DNA of 64,000 nucleotides, taken from UHGV virus genome UHGV-0279745. One strand, 5' to 3'. The position numbers were made by a program, and so were the translations under genes. Origin of the DNA: a virus. The notes beneath the pieces were generated by a model, which made no database searches, was not told the origin of the DNA, and worked only from the letters and a program-made list of their open reading frames with translations. Shown here piece by piece: positions 18,044-28,581 of the stretch (position 1 is the stretch's first letter; each line of letters starts with the position of its first letter).

Positions 18044-20002
18044 ATGTCAGATACTTTAGACCAACGCCCAGGCAATGGGCGTCGTCGGGTTCAGGAAGAC
18101 ACACCTCATGTCGTCGTACCTGAGGCTGACTTGTCTACGATGTCCGCCGACGATGGGATTATGGCAATCAAACGCAGTAATCCCCATTTTTCATTTGCCC
18201 AAGCAGAAGAGATGTATCACAATCTCGTAAAAGTGAAACCTGCTGAAGAACCAGTTCTACCTAAACCGGTTTACGAAGAAGAACCTGCTCCGGTAGTAAC
18301 GATTGCTGAGCCAGAACCCGTTGTCGTTGAGCCGGTTATTCAGCAACCTGATCCTGCCCCTGTCGCAGACAAACCTGCGCCGGTGGTAGAGAAGAAAGCC
18401 GAAGAACCTTACGTTCCTCAAGCGATCGAAGGTTCACAGATTGCCGCTGATCACGAACCTGAAGCATCCCCGGCAGTGAAAGAACAACCAGCTGAGCACC
18501 ATGTGAATTTTGGTACGCAAGCACCACACGAGGAAATCAGTGAATTGCCCGAAGACGATCCTGGTCGAGTTCTGACGGAGTTCAATACACTGATTGGTTT
18601 GCGTGAAGACCCGAACCTCATCGGTAGCGAACTGAAGAAATTCTTTTCCAGTGTTCCGCGCGGTAGTGACGGTCGGCTCCTGTTTAAATCGGAAGAACAG
18701 CGTGACCTGTACGAGCGTTTGTATCGTGCCCTGAACATGATGCCACCGCGTTTACAAAACCAACAGCAAGCATTCGATGGCGCATTGTCTCGTGAAGATA
18801 CCGCCTGGGAACAGCGTGTACAGTTGCCGGGAATGTCTAAGCCGGTTGGCTTCATTACACCACGTAACAGTCAGCACACTGGTGCTATTGCGGCACTTCG
18901 TCGTCGCCGTAAGTCAGGTATCCCTAACTGGGTATGGTTACCTGCAACGGGTATCTTTGTAGGCTTCCGTGCACCGTTAGAACGCGAAATCTGCGATTTT
19001 GATATTCAGCTGACCCTGGAAACTGCAAAAATCGGTATGCAGACCTACGGTCTGATGTTATCTGCATCTTCGGGTATCTATTTAAGCCATATGGTTGAAT
19101 TTGCGTTACGCTTCGTTACCGACTGCACGTTGGATTGCGAAGGGAACGACATGAAGACCGTGTTGCTGGATACTATCGATCTTGCGGATTATTGGCTGTT
19201 GCTGATTGGTGTGATGCAAGCGAAATATCCCGGCGGTTTGCCATGGACGTTAATCTGTGGTCATGAGGGATGTGGTTATCAAGAAGATATTCGTCTGAAC
19301 CTGGCCCGTTGTATCCGCATGGGTACGTCGCTTTACACCGATATGCAGCGTAGCCTGTGGGCCCAACAGCGTGGTAAAGAAGACGTTACGATCAGTCGTT
19401 TGGAACAACGTAAGTTTGTTGAAGAACACCTGAAAGATCCGTCTGCGACATTCGTAAGCGACGGTATTACCGTTAAATTCGGTCGTTCGACGTTAGGTAA
19501 GTTCTTTGATAATACAGAACGTTGGGTGGAAGAGAACAACACCGCGTCTACATCTGCGTTGGCTGAGAAAGGCACCGAACGTGAGCGTGAAGATCACCTT
19601 CGCCTCATTACCGAAGCACGTCGCTTAACACGTTATGCGTATATGGTAGAATCCATTACGGTAACTGAAGAAGTTATGCAGGACGATGAAATTCGTGAGG
19701 TAAGCACCACAGAAACGGATACCGATAAGATTATCCAGATTCTGGAGGAGCTGTCTTCCGATCGTCACTATGTGTACGAGTTTGAGGCGGCTGCGGCGAA
19801 CTATAACGAACGTAGTCGTTTGGCGGTGTTCGGATATATGGGTCAGAAGTGTCCGTCTTGCGGTAAAACCCATGAAGGTGAAAAAGAAGGCACTTACCGT
19901 GGTATCGTGACGATCTCACCGGACCGCGTTTTTTTCGAGCTATCTCGAGTGGTGTCCGAGATTCAGCGGTATCTGAGGGATCAATACGCCGTTATTGGCT
20001 AG
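18044..20002 (+). CDS. hypothetical protein with Pro/Glu/Val-rich N-terminal region and Cys pairs
   Basis: 652-aa ORF; PEPVVVEP-type low-complexity N-terminal region; CGHEGCG and CPSCG motifs suggest possible metal binding. Confidence 0.6.
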   Translation: MSDTLDQRPGNGRRRVQEDTPHVVVPEADLSTMSADDGIMAIKRSNPHFSFAQAEEMYHNLVKVKPAEEPVLPKPVYEEEPAPVVTIAEPEPVVVEPVIQQPDPAPVADKPAPVVEKKAEEPYVPQAIEGSQIAADHEPEASPAVKEQPAEHHVNFGTQAPHEEISELPEDDPGRVLTEFNTLIGLREDPNLIGSELKKFFSSVPRGSDGRLLFKSEEQRDLYERLYRALNMMPPRLQNQQQAFDGALSREDTAWEQRVQLPGMSKPVGFITPRNSQHTGAIAALRRRRKSGIPNWVWLPATGIFVGFRAPLEREICDFDIQLTLETAKIGMQTYGLMLSASSGIYLSHMVEFALRFVTDCTLDCEGNDMKTVLLDTIDLADYWLLLIGVMQAKYPGGLPWTLICGHEGCGYQEDIRLNLARCIRMGTSLYTDMQRSLWAQQRGKEDVTISRLEQRKFVEEHLKDPSATFVSDGITVKFGRSTLGKFFDNTERWVEENNTASTSALAEKGTEREREDHLRLITEARRLTRYAYMVESITVTEEVMQDDEIREVSTTETDTDKIIQILEELSSDRHYVYEFEAAAANYNERSRLAVFGYMGQKCPSCGKTHEGEKEGTYRGIVTISPDRVFFELSRVVSEIQRYLRDQYAVIG

Positions 20003-20429
20003 ACCCGAACGAGATTCCTTCGGATCACGTCATTAATACGCTTAAGCTTGATACCACCTCTCTGTTCAAACAGCGTAGCACGCGCCCGATAACCTATCAG
20101 GAAGCCCACGATGAGCTTTTGGGTGCGTACGACTTATCGGTCGGCCTAGACACCGGGACGAGACACGTTGGCTTATCAGATTTTGAAAACCCCGAATACG
20201 GGAGTCTGTATGAAATCTGGATGGAAGTGTATCTGCGTGAGCAGATAGGCGAGCATTTCAGAATGACCTTCGACGAGTGGTTAAATCGACCACGGTGGGA
20301 GATTATGATGATGCTCCGTGTGCTTAATCGTCGTAAAGCCGCGATTAAGAAAGTCATGAGTGACGTTACTGCCGGTGACCCAGAGCTACAAGGTTTGGAG
20401 AAAGAACTTAAGCTGAAAAATTAAGTGTA

Positions 20430-20470
20430 AGGGAGTCGTAAAGACTCCCTTAGCTTTTTTCTTTTTTTTT
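20430..20470 (+). terminator. rho-independent terminator
   Basis: Stem GGGAGTC/GACTCCC followed by a long T-run. Confidence 0.65.
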
Positions 20471-20506
20471 TCGCTTTGGTATGAACCCCTTGTATTGGAA
20501 AAGGCT

Positions 20507-21361
20507 ATGATTGACATTTATACCGATTACGCTGCCGTTCTTACCGTCAATCGTGCGGAAGAACGTGCTGCGCCTTTCCTGGACTTAGTAACGCTGTGTA
20601 TGGATTACGGTTACGATGTTGCGTTAAGCGATGTGTATTGGCAACCGTCGTCTGATCCTGCCGACGAAACCGTAAGACTGGAAGGGATTATTGTAAAATG
20701 TGCCGTGGCGTTAGGCAACCGTTTAGGCGTTGCTTTAAACCCACAAGAAGTTTTCCGTAAACCGAAAGAGACCGTACGTATTCTGGATGGTATTACGTCT
20801 AAATTCGAAGAGTTCGAAGACACCGATACGCTATACGGTCTCGTGATGTCTGGAGAGACGCCAGAGTTTATCCTGGAAAGTATCTGCCGTTACGTATACG
20901 GCGATGACAATATCCATTTTGAAGATTTGGTCATTCGTGTTTCACCCCGTGTAATGACGGTGATGCGTAACTATCTCTCGGCTATGGTTGTGGATGAACA
21001 ACTCGCAGTAGGTAACGATGCGCGTCTGACACGTATTGCAGAATACTTGCGCCTTTATCCGCAAAACCCTTCTGCGTTCGTATTCCTAAACTTACCTGAA
21101 GATCCTGATTTGACGGTTGTTCAACAATCGTTAGTGTTTGACGTCGAAGATTACAGCGAAACAGAATTACTCGAGATGTATACGGTAGGGCTTTCGATTA
21201 TCGATAACGATGACTTTGATGACGCGTATGCCGATCTTTCGACGAACTTAGAGAAACTTAATAATGATGGGTTACAACCCATTACTGTTTTACAACCTGC
21301 ATTAAAAAGCCTACGGCTGATTTATCAGGTTGAGGAGGCAGAGCACGATGACGAGGTTTGA
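20507..21361 (+). CDS. hypothetical protein
   Basis: Start placed at ATG 20507 with RBS AAAAGG; the track's start at 20495 is TTG. Confidence 0.55.
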   Translation: MIDIYTDYAAVLTVNRAEERAAPFLDLVTLCMDYGYDVALSDVYWQPSSDPADETVRLEGIIVKCAVALGNRLGVALNPQEVFRKPKETVRILDGITSKFEEFEDTDTLYGLVMSGETPEFILESICRYVYGDDNIHFEDLVIRVSPRVMTVMRNYLSAMVVDEQLAVGNDARLTRIAEYLRLYPQNPSAFVFLNLPEDPDLTVVQQSLVFDVEDYSETELLEMYTVGLSIIDNDDFDDAYADLSTNLEKLNNDGLQPITVLQPALKSLRLIYQVEEAEHDDEV

Positions 21362-22649
21362 GTTCTTAGTAGCGGCATGTAAAGCTGAAGCGTGGCGACG
21401 TCTGGTTTGGCGTATTGCTATTTTTAACATGTCGGTGTTTCCAACAGGACGCGAAGAACCCGAAGCGTTTGATATAACGTATATCGACGGCTTACCGCAT
21501 TATTACGCTGTAGAAGACGGTAAGGGCAGTTGGGAACCGATTACTGACGGCGTAAAGGACCAGGAGCTGTTTGTCCCTGAAGAACAGTTCGAGCTACGCC
21601 CTGACGATTATCCCGGTTTAGACGGTCCTATTCCCACGACAGTAGGACGATACGTTTTTAACTGGATTGTTATCTGGTATGCATTTGGTACACGCTTACC
21701 CTATCTGGCGATTTCACAAAACCCGTTGGAATATCGCAAAGAGATGCATCGGCGTTGTTTAGACCATGAAACCGATGAGCCAGAAAACGAAGGTGCAATT
21801 CGACCGAGTATGATTGAGCGCTTTGTAAGCGGCTTACACGAGCTCGCACCGCTCACGTCAGGTATTGCACCAACCGGTACGTTACGAAGCCTCACGGTGC
21901 ATCCTGATGCGTATAAAATACGTGATGCGTTGCTATTAAAGCATAAGGACGAGTTAGACGATCCTGCCGTTATCGTTAAGATTGAAAAAGCGCTGGATGA
22001 GTTAGACAAAGAGTGGTTGTCGGGTGACCAATCTATTGAGTTTTATAACTCGCCGAAATCGCGGATGCGCCGACGTAAATTAATGCTGATGTACGGTATT
22101 GAATCGTCTTTTCAGGAAGGGGGTCATTATACGCTCATCCCGAACGCATTAGTTGAAGTTGATAAAGCGGGGATGGAAAACCTGGTTGCGAAATTTAACT
22201 CTATCCGTGAAGGTTCGTTCTCTCGTGGTGCGGAAACAGCGAAAGGGGGTGAGCAGGTACGTATTATCCAGATGATTTTCCAGAACCACCGAATCGTCCC
22301 TGGTGACTGTGGAACGAAACTAACGTATCCAGTTGTGATTACCGATGATAACGTAAAACGTTACGTTGGGATGAACGCGATGGTTAATGGTAAACTGACA
22401 CCACTGACTGAGGAATATTTAAAACAGCAGTTAGGTAAAGTGGTGCGGTTACGCCGACCCATCTTATGTCAGTATGGCCACATCGACACCTGCACAGCGT
22501 GTTCGTCTGCGAATAAAGGGGAAGAACCTCGCGCAATCGCTGCGGATATATCCTCGGCGTTCTCTAACGTTATGTCCGTGGCAATGGCCGCGATGCACGG
22601 TAAAGAGACAGTGGTACACGAATTTAATCCATCGATCCACATTACGTAA
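21348..22649 (+). CDS. hypothetical protein
   Basis: Start placed at ATG 21348 with RBS GAGGAGG; overlaps the preceding stop. Confidence 0.55.
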   Translation: MTRFEFLVAACKAEAWRRLVWRIAIFNMSVFPTGREEPEAFDITYIDGLPHYYAVEDGKGSWEPITDGVKDQELFVPEEQFELRPDDYPGLDGPIPTTVGRYVFNWIVIWYAFGTRLPYLAISQNPLEYRKEMHRRCLDHETDEPENEGAIRPSMIERFVSGLHELAPLTSGIAPTGTLRSLTVHPDAYKIRDALLLKHKDELDDPAVIVKIEKALDELDKEWLSGDQSIEFYNSPKSRMRRRKLMLMYGIESSFQEGGHYTLIPNALVEVDKAGMENLVAKFNSIREGSFSRGAETAKGGEQVRIIQMIFQNHRIVPGDCGTKLTYPVVITDDNVKRYVGMNAMVNGKLTPLTEEYLKQQLGKVVRLRRPILCQYGHIDTCTACSSANKGEEPRAIAADISSAFSNVMSVAMAAMHGKETVVHEFNPSIHIT

Positions 22650-22662
22650 GGATTATTAGCCA

Positions 22663-23172
22663 ATGGCAACTAAAGATATTTCGACACAAGATGAACGCCC
22701 ATCAGCGGTAAGACGCGCTGAGGAAAATGCGGTAACTTACAGTCAGGATGATGCGTACCAGGTGCGGCTTATTGCTACTCAGCTCGATGAGGCTGGCGGG
22801 GCAATTAGCCAAAATAAACCGAAAGATACCCCAGAAGCTGACGACGCTTTCCGTAAGCTGCATCAATCGTTCCGCACGTTATTTGAACTACGTGGTCAAG
22901 CATTCATTGATGCGTTCAACGTGTTCGTTGAAGCTGCAATTAAACACAAACGTGGTATCTTCTACTATCCGAATGTGAACTACCATTTGGATTGGTTTTA
23001 CGATTCCGCTGAACGTGAAACATACGTCGTGTTTATCAATATGTTAGTACGTTTCGCAAATTCTCAGGATAAAGCAAACTTTGCTCAGCGTGACAACGTT
23101 GGACGTTTGGTACAACGTGTGACTGATCCAGAACTGCAACACTTACTGGCTTACTGCTTCAACGCGGCATAA
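22663..23172 (+). CDS. hypothetical protein
   Basis: 169-aa ORF, followed by the terminator at 23176-23220. Confidence 0.5.
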   Translation: MATKDISTQDERPSAVRRAEENAVTYSQDDAYQVRLIATQLDEAGGAISQNKPKDTPEADDAFRKLHQSFRTLFELRGQAFIDAFNVFVEAAIKHKRGIFYYPNVNYHLDWFYDSAERETYVVFINMLVRFANSQDKANFAQRDNVGRLVQRVTDPELQHLLAYCFNAA

Positions 23173-23175
23173 AAG

Positions 23176-23220
23176 TATTACCCTACTCCCGAAGGAGTAG
23201 GGTAACGTTTATTTTTTTTT
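23176..23220. terminator. bidirectional terminator hairpin (12-bp stem TTACCCTACTCC)
   Basis: Stem 23178-23189 / 23194-23205, flanked by an A-run and a T-run; lies between convergent genes. Confidence 0.65.
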
Positions 23221-25000
23221 ACTTTGCAGCTTTGATGTATTCAAAAGGATCGGTAATTGTTTCTCCTTGTCTACGTAGAAAAGCTTCTAAGACGTCATTT
23301 TTATCGGGCAACAGGAAGAAATCTGTCGCGATTTCCATTGCATTGACTCGCCCCGCAGTAAGGTTAATACCGACACGACGCCGAACCTCTTCAGGAACAC
23401 CATGAATGCTCAGTAGCTCGATTAACGTTGTTTCACGAGACTGGTTCATCATGTTCGTTGCAGATGGGTATGCCTGGGTTAAGTCAGCATCTGCAGTTTG
23501 CCCACGGAAAGCCGTGTAGAAATCATCAACTTCCTTGATGATGTTTCGTAGCCCATTCTCTGCGTTCATACACGCAGTCAATGTAACAATCCAACCATCC
23601 GTCCCAATGACTTCATTGTCGAAATCGTTACGCATCGCGCTACCCACACAACCGATAACCAGGCCCTGTTCATAGAGGTAATACGTGTATGCAATACAGA
23701 TTCGCTTCGGTAGAGAAGGGAAAATATCATACATCGAATAACCCGCCAAAACTGAAATAGCAGAAGACAGATCGTTCGTCTTTTTATCGAGCAGAACAAT
23801 CATCAAGTTATCGAAGATGTTATAAACGCAGTATTCTAACGGGAAATCCTTCTGCGCCTTTAAGTGCCATTCCAACTTTTCCTCGTAGGGCAGTTCCGGT
23901 AAGTCCAACTTGTTTAAACCCAACTCGGTTTCCAGTATCGCGTTAAGTTTGTAAGAGGGGCGTTGTCCCTCGTGTACACGCAATGAACGGAATAGACACA
24001 TTGCATCTACACAGTAGAATGACGCCGTACAATAAAGAATGTGCCACTGTTGCGAAGGCGCTTTTGTTAATGACTTTGATTCTGTTTTCTTCGATGCTTC
24101 GTCTTTCTTAAAGTAGACACGACGGTACTGTTTTGGCACGTCAGGATGACAGAAGACGTCTTCCGGTGGAATCCCCGCAGCTTCTAAAGCTTCCAACATA
24201 CGTGAAATATCGAACTCGTGGTTCCATGCGACGAGTAAGTCAGGAAGCCGAGGATGAATTTCTTCAAACATCCGTTGAATGCAACAACCTGAATTGAGGC
24301 ATTCGTAAACGAAGATTTTGTAACCATCGATAACGTTTTTGTATTTAACGATGGGGTTGTCGTTCTCGTCTTTTCCACGAAAAGCGATTTTAGAAAGCAA
24401 TTCTTGAGCACGTTTGACGAGTCGTGCTTCAAAGTTTTCACGTCCGCAACGGGTGACGTAGTCTTTCGTAGCAAAGAAATGAATTTCGTCGTCTAAAACA
24501 AAACTCATAATCCAGGGGTCTCGAGACTTATCTTCTTCTCGAGTTTCCACGTCGTATACACAGATACGGTTAGGAGAAACGGCATTAGGCCATTTACGCA
24601 TGTACTTTTCTTTAATCCAGCTAGTAATGGGCAAATCAGCCCAGTAAACATACGGTGAAGTACAAACCTGACGGAGCGGTTTCTTTTTATCGGGAAAACG
24701 AATCCCCAGACCCATCTGTATGGTTGAGGACATCATTACATCCGTTGTTAAATATTCCTGGCACTTACTACGTTCTTCGTATTCTTTCTTTTCCTTGTGG
24801 TTACGATGCTGTGGTAAAGTAATGTAGATGGGCCGTTTCAGATTTTCACGCATGACAATTCGTGGGATATATCTGCCATCTTTAGTATGGACGACCTCCT
24901 TTATGAGCACGAAGTCGTTTTCTTTCTGCTGATCGGTTGCGTAAGAAACAAACTTGCACTCCTTGGCAATAACGTCTTCCGGTGCGTAATAGTTATTCAT
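23219..25000 (-). CDS. DNA polymerase family-B-like protein, 3'-5' exonuclease module
   Basis: Exo I ICVYDVETRE, Exo II VAWNHEFD and Exo III YCVYNIFD in canonical order; possible motif-A-like MYDIFPSLP. Start placed at the Met of MNNYYAPED (24998-25000) because the longer track ORF would overlap the divergent gene. Confidence 0.6.
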   Translation of the reverse strand: MNNYYAPEDVIAKECKFVSYATDQQKENDFVLIKEVVHTKDGRYIPRIVMRENLKRPIYITLPQHRNHKEKKEYEERSKCQEYLTTDVMMSSTIQMGLGIRFPDKKKPLRQVCTSPYVYWADLPITSWIKEKYMRKWPNAVSPNRICVYDVETREEDKSRDPWIMSFVLDDEIHFFATKDYVTRCGRENFEARLVKRAQELLSKIAFRGKDENDNPIVKYKNVIDGYKIFVYECLNSGCCIQRMFEEIHPRLPDLLVAWNHEFDISRMLEALEAAGIPPEDVFCHPDVPKQYRRVYFKKDEASKKTESKSLTKAPSQQWHILYCTASFYCVDAMCLFRSLRVHEGQRPSYKLNAILETELGLNKLDLPELPYEEKLEWHLKAQKDFPLEYCVYNIFDNLMIVLLDKKTNDLSSAISVLAGYSMYDIFPSLPKRICIAYTYYLYEQGLVIGCVGSAMRNDFDNEVIGTDGWIVTLTACMNAENGLRNIIKEVDDFYTAFRGQTADADLTQAYPSATNMMNQSRETTLIELLSIHGVPEEVRRRVGINLTAGRVNAMEIATDFFLLPDKNDVLEAFLRRQGETITDPFEYIKAAK

Positions 25001-25071
25001 GATTTCACTCTCAAATCTAGCGGCTGCTATACTGATTTGTGGGTAATGTAATTTCTCAAAAGGAAACACAA

Positions 25072-26406
25072 ATGGGATATTGGCAAAATCACATTGCATC
25101 AGTTGCGGATGCAAAGGTTGTAGCCGCAGAATCGATTAAATTCCAAGACAAAAAGAAGCTGGCAGAATTGGCTGATGTTATTGCTAAGTTTCGTGGGGCA
25201 GGCGATTTCAGTCCTGCAGGCTACGAAAGTGCCGGGGTTTCGGATTGGGTATTTAAGAATATCGGCATTACGATTCACTTTAAGAACGGTAGCGAACTGG
25301 GTCTTGTTGACGTTGCTTTTGCAGGCGTAGAACCACCGAAATTGGATGCAAACAGTCCAATCATTGCATCGATGACTCGCGCACTGTACGCAGGTAACAA
25401 AGACCTGGATATGTACAGTAAGTTCATCAAAGAAAATGAACTGAACACATCTATCGATGACAGCAGTGCAAAAATCAGTGGCGATTTAAGCAAAGTGGGT
25501 TCTCCGCTTTATCTTACCCCGGTGCTGCTGGAAAAATTAAATTTGACCGATCTGGAAATCGCCTCGGTGATTCTTCATGAAGTCGGCCACATCTACTATT
25601 ATTTCCGTACGCTAATGCGTACCGTGGTGACTGATTTGCTGGCAGATGCTGCGGCTAACCGCATCATGGAAACAGAGGACCAGACTGTCCGCTTGCGCAT
25701 TGTTAAAGACGTAGAGAAGATGCTGAACACGAAAGTGAATCAGCCAGAGACCATCTGTACCGAGTACAAAAAAGAAAACGTCTACATGCACTTAGTCACG
25801 CAGTTGTTATTAGATCGCCCGTTCATTAGCGGTAGTCAAGGCTTTGCTAACAGAACGTGGGAACGTGCTGCGGACGATTTTGCTTCCCGTTTCGGGGGCG
25901 CTCCTTATCTGGCCTCTGCACTGTATAAAATGGAAACCAGTTCGTTCTATTTGCTGCGGAACTCAGCGTATATGAACATGGGTGTCCATTTGACAGTAGA
26001 ACTTTTCCGCGTGACTGCGCTGATAGTCTCTTCTACGATTCCAATTATTCCAGTGATTTCCGTGACGTTCGGAATGATCTTAAATGACCCGGATAACACC
26101 ATTTACGATCCGCCGCAGCAGCGTTTTGAGGCAATGCGACGTACACTCGTTGAAGAACTCAATACGATTAAAGACAAAAATACGAAGGCGGCTAACGAGC
26201 AACGTAAACGTATTTTAGATGGTATTGCGGTTATTGACAAGTTATTAGAAATCGTAAAAGATAAAGATAACTTGTATCAGTTTATCTGGAATACTTTAAC
26301 GCCGAAGGGTCGTCGCTCACGTGCTGCCGTTGATTACCAGCGTGCGATTGGGAAGTATATGTCGAACGATCTTCGTATTGCTTCAGCCATGTTTAATGTC
26401 GAATAA
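25072..26406 (+). CDS. putative zinc metallopeptidase-like protein (HExxH motif)
   Basis: ILHEVGHIYYY contains the HExxH zincin signature; RBS AAGGA; start placed at the first ATG. Confidence 0.4.
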   Translation: MGYWQNHIASVADAKVVAAESIKFQDKKKLAELADVIAKFRGAGDFSPAGYESAGVSDWVFKNIGITIHFKNGSELGLVDVAFAGVEPPKLDANSPIIASMTRALYAGNKDLDMYSKFIKENELNTSIDDSSAKISGDLSKVGSPLYLTPVLLEKLNLTDLEIASVILHEVGHIYYYFRTLMRTVVTDLLADAAANRIMETEDQTVRLRIVKDVEKMLNTKVNQPETICTEYKKENVYMHLVTQLLLDRPFISGSQGFANRTWERAADDFASRFGGAPYLASALYKMETSSFYLLRNSAYMNMGVHLTVELFRVTALIVSSTIPIIPVISVTFGMILNDPDNTIYDPPQQRFEAMRRTLVEELNTIKDKNTKAANEQRKRILDGIAVIDKLLEIVKDKDNLYQFIWNTLTPKGRRSRAAVDYQRAIGKYMSNDLRIASAMFNVE

Positions 26407-26420
26407 GTAAAGGTAAAATC

Positions 26421-26864
26421 ATGACGCATAAAGTTTCTTTAAATTCCCTGGTTCTGGACTTTAAACGTACGAACGAGGGTAAAGGTGTACAGGCACAACG
26501 CGCACTGACTGGCCTGGTCGCATTCGCATTGGCTTATAATACCGACATGCCCGATAATGGTCCGTTTGGGTCGAATGAAGTGTCGCAGCTAAAGCTTCGC
26601 CCGCTGATGAAAAATGTTGTTTCGGACGTAAACGAGCTTTATTGTGTCGATCTGGGCAGCATTGAAGATTTGACAGTGGCACTGTTTTGTAACCGCTACG
26701 ATAGCGCCTGGGGTGGTCGTCGCGCTATTGAAAACTTCTCTGTCCGTGAGATTTTCAATGAAGCCTTGGGCGACGATGTATGGGATACCGTTAATCTGTG
26801 GCTGGAACGTTTCATGGAAACGGTGAAATTCTATATGGAAGAAACGCGAGGCGAGCTGGTATGA
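26421..26864 (+). CDS. hypothetical protein
   Basis: 147-aa ORF with RBS AAGG. Confidence 0.55.
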   Translation: MTHKVSLNSLVLDFKRTNEGKGVQAQRALTGLVAFALAYNTDMPDNGPFGSNEVSQLKLRPLMKNVVSDVNELYCVDLGSIEDLTVALFCNRYDSAWGGRRAIENFSVREIFNEALGDDVWDTVNLWLERFMETVKFYMEETRGELV

Positions 26865-28531
26865 GTATGGAGATGACAGCAAACATTGCGCAACCGCAGT
26901 GGAAACTCGATGAACTTCCTGCACTGTTAGAACAGCGCATGGAAGAACGCATCGATTCTGTTAGCCAACTCAATCTCTACATGCAACGAAATGAAGCAGA
27001 CCTGATTTACGGTTCTCGCCTTATCGCGCAAATTGAAGCGATCTTACGGGAAATACGTAATGCAGGGTTGAACCGTGATGTTGCTGTAGCGACTGAATCG
27101 TTGCGTCCTGGCACAATCCCGAAGGCGGTACAAAGTGTCCTGACGTCGAATTATTCCAAAACACACCAGAAAGAAACGGTGGTGGCATTAGAGTCTTACG
27201 CCAATTTTGGTAAGATTAGCCTTATCGTGATGGTGATGATGGGGATAATGAAAATCCTCAGTTGGATTATCAGCAACGCCGTTCCTTTTGCAGGTGCTGC
27301 GAATATTGACGGGAACGACTATCGCGAGAAACTGGAAGAGAAGTTGGCCGATGTTCCTTTCACAGAGCGCCTGAAAACAACCGTACTGAAAGAAGTTTAT
27401 CTGGTACTGTCAAAAGGTTTGAAAGACAGCGAGTTAAGCAACCTGGAGTTATCTCTTTCGCTGGCTGACGACGTTTTTGTGAACATGGAAGCTGAAGAGT
27501 TTCTAAATAAACTCGCCGCTGCGTTAGGTAAATCACCGTTTATCGATACGTTTAAGAACCATCTTAAACGTCGGCAGAATGAGCTGCAGGTTATTCAGGA
27601 TCTGCTCGATACGCTGCTTCGGACGAATATCGGCTACGGTGTATTTGACTTCGGGGTTGCTGAGGAAGTCTATAACGGTTTGCCGCCTGATGTAAAACGT
27701 GCTGGAGTGAACATTCCGTCAGATATTCAGTTCAACTTAATGAGCACGCTTCTTGACAGTTTTGCCGGTGCGCTTCAGGACTTAGACCAGTCGCTGAAAG
27801 ACATCAAAACCTATTACCTGTCGAATAATCCGAAGGTAGGCACATCGCAAGAGAACCAAGTTGCCGCTGTGCATCTGGTTCGTGCGTTAGGCGAGATCAA
27901 TGGCCGAATTGAATATACTGCCACGGAATTTGGACGACAGAAAGGTAGCCCGGGTCCAATTTTGCGTGTAAAAGACAAGGTTGAGCTTCTCGGCTATACC
28001 ACACGTGAATTAGACAACGGTTGGATGATTGCGTCGATCGGTGCTAACTCTTTCTTTGGCTCCACAACAAACCTGGAGATGATGCGCCAGGAGTTGAGCT
28101 TAAGTAACGGGGATTACCGTGAGCTGTTGGCATGTCTGATTACACTGGCACGTAGTGGTATCTCGGATGGTGTAGCGAACACCGCGCTAGACAAGTATAA
28201 GGTGTTGGAGAAACGTGTCGATCAGGTTGTAAAAACCCTGAAAGATATGGCACGTCAATCACGTTCTGGCGTCGACAGTCAGAAATGGCAGGCGATGGAA
28301 CAGGCGTTTAAAGACCAAGTGACGCGAGGGGAAAACTTTAACCTTCACGGTCGTGAACTGACCACGATGATGGTGTTAAACCCTGACCGTAATGTCTGGG
28401 ATTCTGTTGCGCACAGTGCAAACATGATTAACATGTGGTGCAAGGCCGCAGGGTCTATGGCAACGGTGTTGAAGCGTGCCAAGTCCAACCCACTTGTGAA
28501 AGGTGGGAAGTTCAATAAATTGATCGATTAA
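26861..28531 (+). CDS. hypothetical protein (possible transmembrane segment)
   Basis: Start placed at ATG 26861, overlapping the upstream stop; hydrophobic stretch ISLIVMVMMGIMKILSWIISNAV. Confidence 0.55.
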   Translation: MSMEMTANIAQPQWKLDELPALLEQRMEERIDSVSQLNLYMQRNEADLIYGSRLIAQIEAILREIRNAGLNRDVAVATESLRPGTIPKAVQSVLTSNYSKTHQKETVVALESYANFGKISLIVMVMMGIMKILSWIISNAVPFAGAANIDGNDYREKLEEKLADVPFTERLKTTVLKEVYLVLSKGLKDSELSNLELSLSLADDVFVNMEAEEFLNKLAAALGKSPFIDTFKNHLKRRQNELQVIQDLLDTLLRTNIGYGVFDFGVAEEVYNGLPPDVKRAGVNIPSDIQFNLMSTLLDSFAGALQDLDQSLKDIKTYYLSNNPKVGTSQENQVAAVHLVRALGEINGRIEYTATEFGRQKGSPGPILRVKDKVELLGYTTRELDNGWMIASIGANSFFGSTTNLEMMRQELSLSNGDYRELLACLITLARSGISDGVANTALDKYKVLEKRVDQVVKTLKDMARQSRSGVDSQKWQAMEQAFKDQVTRGENFNLHGRELTTMMVLNPDRNVWDSVAHSANMINMWCKAAGSMATVLKRAKSNPLVKGGKFNKLID

Positions 28532-28535
28532 AAAA

Positions 28536-28580
28536 GATTACCCTACTCCCGGAGGAGTAGGGTAACTTTTATTATTTTTT
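28536..28580. terminator. bidirectional terminator hairpin (same 12-bp stem as 23176-23220)
   Basis: Stem TTACCCTACTCC / GGAGTAGGGTAA at 28538-28549 / 28554-28565, followed by a T-run; lies between convergent genes. Confidence 0.65.
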
Positions 28581-28581
28581 C

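Noticed and set aside
23219-25114. Longer 631-aa version of the minus-strand polymerase ORF
   Set aside because: The extension beyond 25000 would overlap the divergent + gene start region; the Met at 24998-25000 gives a non-overlapping model. The true start is uncertain.
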